Positions 45,473-53,254 of a stretch of DNA of 64,000 nucleotides are shown here, in pieces. The DNA is from an uncultured Gemmatimonadales bacterium (GTDB taxonomy: Bacteria; Gemmatimonadota; Gemmatimonadetes; Palauibacterales; Palauibacteraceae). Made by a program: the position numbers and the translations under genes. Position 1 is the first letter of the stretch. Each line of letters opens with the position of its first letter. The notes under the pieces were generated by a model, which did no database searches, was not told where the DNA came from, and saw nothing but the letters and a program-made list of their open reading frames with translations. The stretch lies in contig CAWANJ010000003.1 of assembly GCA_963783385.1 (NCBI GenBank), positions 1 through 64,000 on the forward strand. Reading direction: 5' to 3'.

Positions 45473-45985
45473 GTGAACAAGGAAGCCCTGGATCAGATGT
45501 GGGACCAGATGCGCCAGAAGTACGGCGTGTACCTGCGTCTCCTGGAGGTGATCCCCGACGATTGCCTGCACGCCCACCCCATTCCAGACATGCGGACCCC
45601 GGCGGAGCTGGTGGCGCACGTGTCCGGCACGGTCGTGCGAGACATGGCCGAGGGGATCGCCGACGGGGAGATCACCGCGGACGAGGGGGCCGAGGCGGGC
45701 GTGGCGGCCGGCCTCACGACGACGTCGGACGTGCTCCGCTTCGCCAGGGAGTGCTGGGACCGGGCCCAGAGTGCCGTCGACCGGATCGGTGACGCCGAGC
45801 TCCAGGCCATGGTTCCGACGCCCTGGGACAAGACCTTCCCCGGCTGGGTGGGCTTCCACATCCAGAACGACGAGTTCCTCCACCACCGCGGGCAGCTGTA
45901 TGCGTACGCTCGCGCCTGCGGCGTGGCGCCGCCCTTCATCTGGAGCTTCGAGGAGAACGCGCCGGGGTTCCGACCGGCGAGCTGA
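45473..45985 (+). CDS. DinB family protein
   Basis: MRTPAELVAH and HHRGQLYAYARACGVAPP. Confidence 0.85.
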   Translation: MNKEALDQMWDQMRQKYGVYLRLLEVIPDDCLHAHPIPDMRTPAELVAHVSGTVVRDMAEGIADGEITADEGAEAGVAAGLTTTSDVLRFARECWDRAQSAVDRIGDAELQAMVPTPWDKTFPGWVGFHIQNDEFLHHRGQLYAYARACGVAPPFIWSFEENAPGFRPAS

Positions 45986-46254
45986 CGGGGCAGCGCCAGG
46001 CACAGGAGGTCGCCCGGGTTGGGGGCGTCGTGGAGGACTCCCACCGCGGCGTGGAGGCCGAGCGGCCACTCGAGGCCGTAGTCCTGGCTCCCGGGGACGC
46101 CCCGCATGTGCACGGGATCACACGGGTCCGCCGAGGCGGTGCGGCCGCGGTCGGTGATCCAGGCCTCTCCGGACTGATCCCGGTACCTCGCCCGGAGCGC
46201 GTCCTGTCGTTCGACCGTCTCCTGCGCGTCGATGCGGTCCTTCGTCGGTGCCAT
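45986..46254 (-). pseudogene. OsmC-like protein, 3'-truncated remnant
   Basis: RQDALRARY, LHAAVG.LHDAPNPGDLLCLAL (first OsmC cysteine); homology ends at the convergent DinB stop codon. Confidence 0.6.
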
Positions 46255-46319
46255 GGTCTCCTCCGGGGTGTCTCCATTGCGGCGCCTGGGCGGCGTTGCC
46301 GCGCCGAGCACGCGCCGCG

Positions 46320-46675
46320 CTAGGGCGATGGCTGGCGGACGTATTCCTCGAGCGTGCGCCGGAAGCGCCGCACGGCGGTCGCGATGCGATCTGGATCGTC
46401 GTGGGCGCGGGCCAGGACGACCGAACCTTCGAGCACGATGAGGGTCTGCTCGGCCAGGGCCAGGGCCGTCTCCTCGTCGGCCACCACCGCGAGGAAGAGC
46501 GGCGCGAGCCGGCTCACGAGGTCGTCGAACAGCTCCGCAACGCGATCGTGGATCCTAGGGCTGGTCTCGGCCAGCTCCGCGGCGAAGGTGCCGAGCAGGC
46601 AGCCGTGCTTCCAGAACTCGGGACCCATGGTCTCGAGATGGTCGGAGAAGCTCAGCAGGCGCTCGACCGGTCGGT
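46320..46675 (-). pseudogene. TetR family (NemR-like) regulator, C-terminal fragment lacking the HTH
   Basis: PVERLL...GCLLGTFAAEL, LEGSVVLARA; no N-terminal HTH recognisable upstream. Confidence 0.6.
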
Positions 46676-46983
46676 ATAGTCAAGGGCCGCTCGTCGAAGG
46701 GATCCGTCCGCTCTGGCGCTTCAACGGAGGTTTCCGTTGCACGGCTTGCGGCGCCCCCCGGACTTCGACTCGGTAGCCGGTCCGAACGCCGGACCCCAAC
46801 GCGTCCCGGCCCGGTTGATTTCCGTGCGACCGCCGACGAGGGTTTCCCTGTGGGTAGACTCCCTCCGACCGCCGCCGATCACGCGCGCGCCGTCTCCAAT
46901 CGAGCGAGGAGCGCCGATATGCTCTACCTGGAACCATGATCTGTCGGACCGGGCGTCCCTAGGGGACCGCGTGGGCGGCCATC

Positions 46984-47298
46984 GTGACCGTCCTCCTGAT
47001 CGGATGCAGCGGGAGCAGCACGGCTCCGCCCGCCAGAGGTTCGATCCGGCTCACCGTGACGACCGGCGCGAACATCGACGCGGACGGCTCCGAGCTGGAT
47101 CTATTCGGCCCGAGCAACCGTGTGCTCACGATTCAGGCCAACACCGAGGTGCTCCTCGAAGAGCTCACACATGGTCAGTACGAGCTACAGCTCAAGGACG
47201 TGGCCACGAATTGCGCCGTGGACGGCGCCAACCCGGTGAGTGCCACCGTCGTCTTCGGCGACACGGTCCCCGCGGACTTCGGCCTGACCTGCCAGTAG
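46984..47298 (+). CDS. Small lipoprotein with one Ig-like beta-sandwich repeat
   Basis: LLIGC lipobox; TTGANIDADG, NCAVDGANP, FGLTC. The true start is probably upstream, near 46936. Confidence 0.6.
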   Translation: MTVLLIGCSGSSTAPPARGSIRLTVTTGANIDADGSELDLFGPSNRVLTIQANTEVLLEELTHGQYELQLKDVATNCAVDGANPVSATVVFGDTVPADFGLTCQ

Positions 47299-47386
47299 CG
47301 GGTCCCCTGGCAGCGGCGGGAAGCCGGGCGCATGGCGTCCCGCCGAGAGTCGGCTTCGCGCAGGGTCGGCCCGGCGGAGGTTCGGT

Positions 47387-48214
47387 CTAGCGGAGGAAGT
47401 GCACTCCCAGGCAGCCGATCGAGGCCAGCACGCAGTAGGCGGCGAACACGTACAGCGAGTGCTTGCTCAGGTAGGCGAGCAGCCACTTGATCGACAGCCA
47501 GCCGACGATCGCCGCCACGACGAAGCCGATGGCGAAGGTGGGCAGCAGGTGCCCCAGCCCGGGCATCCCGAACAGCTTGAACGTCTCGTAGCCCGCGGCC
47601 GCCAGCATGACGGGGGCCGTTAGAAGGAAGGCGAAGCGCGCCGCGGCCGGACGATCGAAGTCCCGGAGCATGGCGCCCGAGATCGTCGAGCCGGAGCGGG
47701 AGGCGCCCGGGAACACGGCCAGGACCTGGAACAGGCCGACCACCAGCGCATCCCGCCGATTCATGACCGTGAGGTCCCGCGAGCGCTTGCCCAGGATCTC
47801 GGCCAGCGTCATGAGGAACGCCGCGGTGAGCATGCGGATGGCGGCCTCCACGAGGGGAGCCTGAAACAGGGCTTCCACTTCGTGCCGGAGGACGAAGCCC
47901 ACGGCGAGCGCCGGGATGCTGGCGATGAGGATGTACCAGCCCATGCGGGCGTCGTCGGGCAGCGAGCCGAAGTCCGACACCCGTCCCAGGGTGCCGAGCG
48001 TCGCCCGCAGGATGGACCACAGGTCCTCGAAGAAGTAGACGAACAGGGCGACCAGGGGCCCGATCTGGACGATGATCAGGAAGGCCGTCATCGCCTCGCC
48101 GGGCGGGATGTGGAGCGCCGTCTGTCCGACCAGGAGCTGGGCCGTGGAGGAGACCGGAATGAACTCGGTCAGACCTTCGATCACGCCGAGGACGAGAACC
48201 TGGAGGAGGCCCAT
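47387..48214 (-). CDS. uppP: Undecaprenyl-diphosphate phosphatase
   Basis: GVIEGLTEFIPVSSTA, VQIG, GLFQVLAVFPGASRSGSTI, AARFAFLL. Confidence 0.95.
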   Translation of the reverse strand: MGLLQVLVLGVIEGLTEFIPVSSTAQLLVGQTALHIPPGEAMTAFLIIVQIGPLVALFVYFFEDLWSILRATLGTLGRVSDFGSLPDDARMGWYILIASIPALAVGFVLRHEVEALFQAPLVEAAIRMLTAAFLMTLAEILGKRSRDLTVMNRRDALVVGLFQVLAVFPGASRSGSTISGAMLRDFDRPAAARFAFLLTAPVMLAAAGYETFKLFGMPGLGHLLPTFAIGFVVAAIVGWLSIKWLLAYLSKHSLYVFAAYCVLASIGCLGVHFLR

Positions 48215-48387
48215 GTGAGCTTACGCACCCGTCGCGCGAGGGAGTCGCCGCGGCGTGGCCGCCGGCCGCACGTGGCCGGGCGACGCTCGCCGATCGGACC
48301 CGAAGATGGGGGCCGTTCTCCGGGCGTGCCACCCGGGAGGAGGGGTCGATCCGGGCCGACCGGAGCCCGGCGGCGCCGACCCGGGGC

Positions 48388-50025
48388 TCAGGTGGGCCCG
48401 GGAGGCGAGTCGAACGTGAGCCGGTGCTTGCGGCGCAGGAACGCGTGCAGCATGCGGCCCACGCGCATCGTGGCGGCCGAAACGTCGGCCATCTCCGCGC
48501 CCGTCGGCACGGCTTCCTCGGCCGCGAGCAGCGTGTTGATCACGTACGGCCGGATGTCCGCGACCGGGCCCTCGGGAAGGGAGGCCGGAATCGGAAACGT
48601 CCCGACGGCCTTCTTGGCGCCGAGGACGATGGGGCCGTCGACGGTGAGGAGCAGGTAGGCCCGGTAGTTGAAGGCGTACTCGCGCCGTTCGCCGTCCTCG
48701 ACGCGGCTCACAGTGTCCGGGGGGAGGTACTCGTACATGACGTAGGGCGGCGACTCGATGCCCTCGGGGATCCGCTCCGTCCTGAACAGCGTGTGCCCGG
48801 TCGCCATGTCCCGCAGGGAGTGCTTCACGATGAGGTTCGGAAAGGGCGAATCGGGCGGCCGGCGTGGCAGGTCCTCGTCGGTGCGGATCATCCGGGCCAT
48901 CCGAACGCGCTCCTCGGCGGGGACGGCCGCGTTGTAACGTGCGATCTCGGGCTCGAGGAGGCCCTTCTGGCCGATCACCCACTGCAGGGGACTCGGAAGG
49001 GAACGAGAGTTGACGTACAGAGTCCCCTCGGCGTCGAGCTCCATGAGCGGCGTCCACGAGCGCCGGAAGGGAGAGCGGTGGCGGGGGTCGTCCCGAACCT
49101 CGTACGCCACGCCGCGGGCGCGGGCCTGGGCCTCCCACGCGGCCCGGATCGGCTCCTCGAAGTACCAGATGCTCGTCGGGTAGTGCGCGATGCGGCGGTA
49201 GTCATGCTCGGCCGCGTACCGACACAGTCCCTCGCAGAGCGGGTCTCCGGCCGGGTAGAGCTGCACCCGGTTGCTGAACAGGCCGGGGCAGAAGTTGGCC
49301 TCGAGGTAGGCGAGCTCCCCGCTGGACGAGAGGAAATCCACGCCAACCAGAGCGCAGCTCTCGACGGCGGGCCGCAGGATCCGGAACACGGGGCTGGTGC
49401 GCGGATCGTGTGAGACCTCGTCCACGTAGCCGGCCCCGAGGATGAGGGGATCGACGCCGGCCCAGCGGAACAGGGCGTGAAAGCCCGAGGTGCGGGCGCC
49501 CGGCGAGTAGCGCCTGACGGCCAGCCAGGCCCGGCCCACGGCCTCGGAGCCACCGGTCAACAGCCGGGAGACGCCGTACAGCGTGCGACCCGCGTGCCAG
49601 CGCCATCCACCCCGCTGGCGAACGCCCTTCGCGACGCGGGCCAGCTCGCTGCCCCAGCGGAACACCGGCCCGTGGACCAGGGACTCGAGTCGAACGGAGA
49701 GCGTGAAGGTGCGCTCCCGCATCTCGACGCAGACGGCGTCGCTCAGCGCCCGGCGGAGCTGGGCCGGGAGCTTCTCGAAGGACCCGAAGTGCGTGTCCGG
49801 CTGCTGCCACAGGGCCCTGAAGCGCCGCCGGGAGCAGCCGGTCTGCCTGCGGAGCGTGCGGATCATGCGGCGGGCCTCGATCCCGGTCACGCGGAGAGGG
49901 TGCGTCTCCGCCAGGCGCTGAAGTGCGGCTCCCACCGCGGCGGGCGAGCTTCCGTCGTCGGATCGCGGGGCAGCGGGCTGGACGTGCCCCCCGCGGTCCC
50001 CGCGAGAGACCGGTCCGCGCGTCAC
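48388..50025 (-). CDS. Putative circularly permuted ATP-grasp protein, paralog 4, subtype B
   Basis: GTGA overlap with the upstream paralog; ESCALVGVDF...YLEANFCPG, GQKG, NLIVKHSLRDMATG, YVMYEY, NYRAYLLLT.DGP, DIRPYVIN. Confidence 0.75.
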   Translation of the reverse strand: MTRGPVSRGDRGGHVQPAAPRSDDGSSPAAVGAALQRLAETHPLRVTGIEARRMIRTLRRQTGCSRRRFRALWQQPDTHFGSFEKLPAQLRRALSDAVCVEMRERTFTLSVRLESLVHGPVFRWGSELARVAKGVRQRGGWRWHAGRTLYGVSRLLTGGSEAVGRAWLAVRRYSPGARTSGFHALFRWAGVDPLILGAGYVDEVSHDPRTSPVFRILRPAVESCALVGVDFLSSSGELAYLEANFCPGLFSNRVQLYPAGDPLCEGLCRYAAEHDYRRIAHYPTSIWYFEEPIRAAWEAQARARGVAYEVRDDPRHRSPFRRSWTPLMELDAEGTLYVNSRSLPSPLQWVIGQKGLLEPEIARYNAAVPAEERVRMARMIRTDEDLPRRPPDSPFPNLIVKHSLRDMATGHTLFRTERIPEGIESPPYVMYEYLPPDTVSRVEDGERREYAFNYRAYLLLTVDGPIVLGAKKAVGTFPIPASLPEGPVADIRPYVINTLLAAEEAVPTGAEMADVSAATMRVGRMLHAFLRRKHRLTFDSPPGPT

Positions 50026-51650
50026 GGCCAGTCCTCTCCGTGCACGCGGCGCAGGAAGTCGTGCACCAGCCAGCCGATCCTGAGCGCGGCCGGCTTCATC
50101 CTCTCGCACTCGGTCTCGGTCGGGCGGACATGCCGGGCTCCGGTATGTCCGTTGACCACGTATGGTTCCGGGTGCGCCACCTCGCCTTCCGCGAGCCGCT
50201 CGGGGACGGGGGCGGCCCCGATCGCCTTCGAAAAGTTGCCGATCACCGGACCGTCGGGCGTGATGAACAGGTTGGCGCGAATCCGGGTCGCGTGCTCGCC
50301 GGGAACCTCGTTCTCGCACAGCCTCTCGAGCTCCGGCCGGATGAACTCGAACGCGACATAGGGGGGCCGGTTCATCCACGGCTCGAGCGTGGAAGTCCTG
50401 TACATGCGGACGTCGCGCGCCTCGTTCAGCAGGGCGTGTTTCACCACGAGGTTGGGGAAGCGTCCGTCGGGCTCCAGCTCACGTAGCTCCCGGGAGGATC
50501 GTATGCGACGCGGGACGGGAATCCGTTCGTCGGCCGGCACGTGGGCATTGTGGCGCTCGATCTCCTCCTCGAACAGGCCCTTCTCCTCCAGGAGGACGTT
50601 CACGGGGTGGGGAAGGGTCCGGATGTTCACATACAGCGTCCGCCGTGCGTCGGACGCCATGAGCGGCTCGGTGGACCGATGGTCGTATCGGGATCGCACG
50701 CGAGGGTCGTCGCGGATCTCCAGCTCCACGCCCGCGGCGGTCGCCTGGTGCCTCCACCAGTCCTCGATGCGCCGCGGCAGCGTGGCGACGCTGGACGGAA
50801 AGAAGACGATGCGATCGCAGCCGTCCCGCCGGGCACCGGCGATCGCCGCCGTCAGGAGCGGGTCCCCGTTGGGACGGTTCTGGTAGCGACGTCCCAGGAA
50901 GAAGCCCGGATTGACGTTGGCCTCGATGAAGTAGGTGGCACCGTTCGAGGGCAGGAGGTCCACGCCCACCATCATCCAGCTCGACACCCGCCGCTCCGGA
51001 TCCCGGTACACGGGGCTGACGCGAGGGTCGCACGGGAGCCCGCGCACGTATTCGATCGCCGGCCGCATGGGATCGACGCCGGCCCACCTCCACAGGGCGT
51101 GAAGTCCCAATGTCTCCCACCGACCGACGAACCGGGTGGCGTCCAGCCAGGCCCGGCCGGCTCGCTCGCTGGCCCAGCACAGGCCGCGACCGCAGAGGTA
51201 GAGGTTCCTGCCCGCTCGCCGCCAGCGGCGACCGCGGGACGAGAGGCGTCGGCCGCGGTGGGCGACCTCGCTTCCCAGGCGGAAGGCGGGCCCGTGCACG
51301 CGATCGTACAGCCGGCTGCCGGGGAGGACGCTCCGCTCCTCCATCTCCCGCGCGACGGCGTCGGCGAGGGCCTCGCGAAGGCGCTCCGGCAGGTCCTCGA
51401 ACGGGCCGAGGCCCGCCTCCGGGTCGGCCCACAGCTCGCGGTAGTCCTCGCGGGTCCAGCCGACTCGCTGGCGCAGCTCCCGCACCATGTCCCGGACCCG
51501 GCGGCCGCTCATCCGCAGCGGGTACGCCGACGCCAGCTCCGCCAGGAGTGACGCGTGCCCGGACGGGCGTGTCTCGGCCGAACTCTGTTGGAGAACCGAC
51601 GTGATCACGTCGTCACCTGCGTCACCGTGATCCTCCGTTTCGGCGGTCAC
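50022..51650 (-). CDS. Putative circularly permuted ATP-grasp protein, paralog 3, subtype A
   Basis: Intact 542-aa ORF; MMVGVDLLP...FIEANVNPG, EEKG, IPVPRR, NLVVKHALLNEARD, YVAFEF, RIRANLFITPDGP, PYVVN. Confidence 0.75.
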   Translation of the reverse strand: MTAETEDHGDAGDDVITSVLQQSSAETRPSGHASLLAELASAYPLRMSGRRVRDMVRELRQRVGWTREDYRELWADPEAGLGPFEDLPERLREALADAVAREMEERSVLPGSRLYDRVHGPAFRLGSEVAHRGRRLSSRGRRWRRAGRNLYLCGRGLCWASERAGRAWLDATRFVGRWETLGLHALWRWAGVDPMRPAIEYVRGLPCDPRVSPVYRDPERRVSSWMMVGVDLLPSNGATYFIEANVNPGFFLGRRYQNRPNGDPLLTAAIAGARRDGCDRIVFFPSSVATLPRRIEDWWRHQATAAGVELEIRDDPRVRSRYDHRSTEPLMASDARRTLYVNIRTLPHPVNVLLEEKGLFEEEIERHNAHVPADERIPVPRRIRSSRELRELEPDGRFPNLVVKHALLNEARDVRMYRTSTLEPWMNRPPYVAFEFIRPELERLCENEVPGEHATRIRANLFITPDGPVIGNFSKAIGAAPVPERLAEGEVAHPEPYVVNGHTGARHVRPTETECERMKPAALRIGWLVHDFLRRVHGEDWP

Positions 51651-53062
51651 CGCCTCGACGCCAGTCCGGACCGTGTTTGCGTCGCAGGAAATCGTGGACG
51701 AGCCATCCGATGCGGAGCGCGGCCGCGGCCGCTCGCTCGTGCTCTTCCGGTGTGGTGCCGAAGTGATCGGAGCCAGCGTGGGAGTTCAGCACGTACGGCC
51801 GGATGTCGCGAACGGGACCGGGTTCGAGACGATCGGGAACCGGAGCCCCTGCGACCGCCTTGAGGGAGTCCGTGACCAGAGGCCCGTCCGGCGTGATCAG
51901 GAGAAACGTCCGGAACTTGATCGGATACTGTCTTCGCACGCCCCCCTCCAGCCGTTCCTCCGTTTCCGGGGGCACGAATTGGAAGGCCACGTAGGGGGGG
52001 CGCAGCATCTCCTCGTTGAGGCCTTCCGTCCGGAAGAGCCGGATGTCCCGGGCCTCGTTCAGGAGGGCGTGCTTGAGGACGACGTTGGGGAAGCGACCAT
52101 CGGCATCGAGCGGGGGGACGTCGGAGGCCGAGAGGATGCGCCGGGGCACCGGGATGCGCTCCTCGGCGGGCAGCCGAGCGTTGTGACGCTCGATCGCGGC
52201 CTCGAACAGCCCCTTCTCCTCCAGCAGGACGTTCGCCGGATGGGGGAGTGTGCGGACGTTGAGATAGAGGACGCCCTCGGCGTCGGGCTCCATGAGCGGG
52301 TCGCAGTTCCGGCGATACCGCGAGCGCACGCGGGGATCGTCCCGGATCTCGAGCTGGACGCCGGCCGCCCGTGCGTGCTCGCGCCACTTGGTCTCCAGCT
52401 CCCGGCTCACCGACGCAATACTGGAGGGAAAGACGACGAGCCGGTCGCAGGCCTCGCGCCGGCAATAGTCGAGCAGCGTCGCGAGGAGAGGGTCCTCCCC
52501 GGGGTGGAAGGCCAGTCTCTGCATCATCCAGCCCGGATTGACGTTGGCCTCGATGTAGTAGATCCGGCCGTCGGAGGGGAGGAGGTCGAGGCCGACCATC
52601 ATCACGCTGACGACGCGGCGGTCGGGTCGCCGGTAGACGGGGCTGAAGCGGGGGTCGCAGGGAATCTCGCGCACGTACTCGATGGCGGGGCGCATGGGGT
52701 CGATACCGGCCCACTTCCACAGGGCATGGAAGCCCGAGGTCTCCCACGGACCCGTGAAGCGGGTGACGTCGAGCCAGGCACGGCCGGCCCGCTCGCTCGC
52801 CCAGCACAGGCCGCGGCCGCACAGATAGACGTTACGGCCTACCCGGCGCCAGCGCGGGCCGCGGGCAGCCAGAATGGCGGCCCCGGTGGCTGAGCTCGCT
52901 ACCCAGGCGGAAGAGGGGTCCATAGACGCGGCGCCGCAGGCGCTCACTCGTCGTGACGCTCCGCTCCTCCATCTCCCGCGCGACGGCGTCGGCGAGGGCC
53001 TCGCGAAGGCGCTCCGGCAGGTCCTCGAACGGGCCGAGGCCCGCCTCCGGGTCGGCCCACAG
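51327..53062. repeat. Identical 108-bp direct repeat (copies at 51327-51434 and 52955-53062) inside paralogs 3 and 2
   Basis: Base-by-base comparison of gacgctccgctcctccatc...gggtcggcccacag shows identity; it encodes LWADPEAGLGPFEDLPERLREALADAVAREMEERSV. Confidence 0.9.
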
Positions 53063-53254
53063 GGCGCGGTAGTCATCGCGGGACCAGCCGGTCCGCCGTC
53101 GCAGCTCGCCGAGCAGACGCCGGGCATCGCGACCGCTGACCCGCGGAGGGAACTCCATGGCCAGCTCGGCGAGCGCGGCCACGGCCGTTCCCGGGGTCTT
53201 CTCGTTCCCCACGGGGCTGTCCGGGAGGCCTTCGCGAGTCTGCGCGATCGACAT
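51622..53254 (-). CDS. Putative circularly permuted ATP-grasp protein, paralog 2, subtype A (frameshift near 52870)
   Basis: ATG in a TGATG overlap at 53252-53256 (MSIAQTRE...). C-terminal part in ORF 51622..53127: MMVGLDLLP...YIEANVNPG, EEKG, NVVLKHALLNEARD, FQFV, KFRTFLLITPDGP. Confidence 0.72.

Noticed and set aside
46722-46739. CAACGGA/TCCGTTG hairpin as part of a structured RNA
   Set aside because: A single 7-bp stem with no recognisable family motif; insufficient support.
51327-53062. The 108-bp repeat as a diversity-generating retroelement TR/VR pair or mobile-element ends
   Set aside because: The copies are identical with no adenine-specific differences, lie in frame at homologous positions of paralogs, and no reverse transcriptase or transposase is present.
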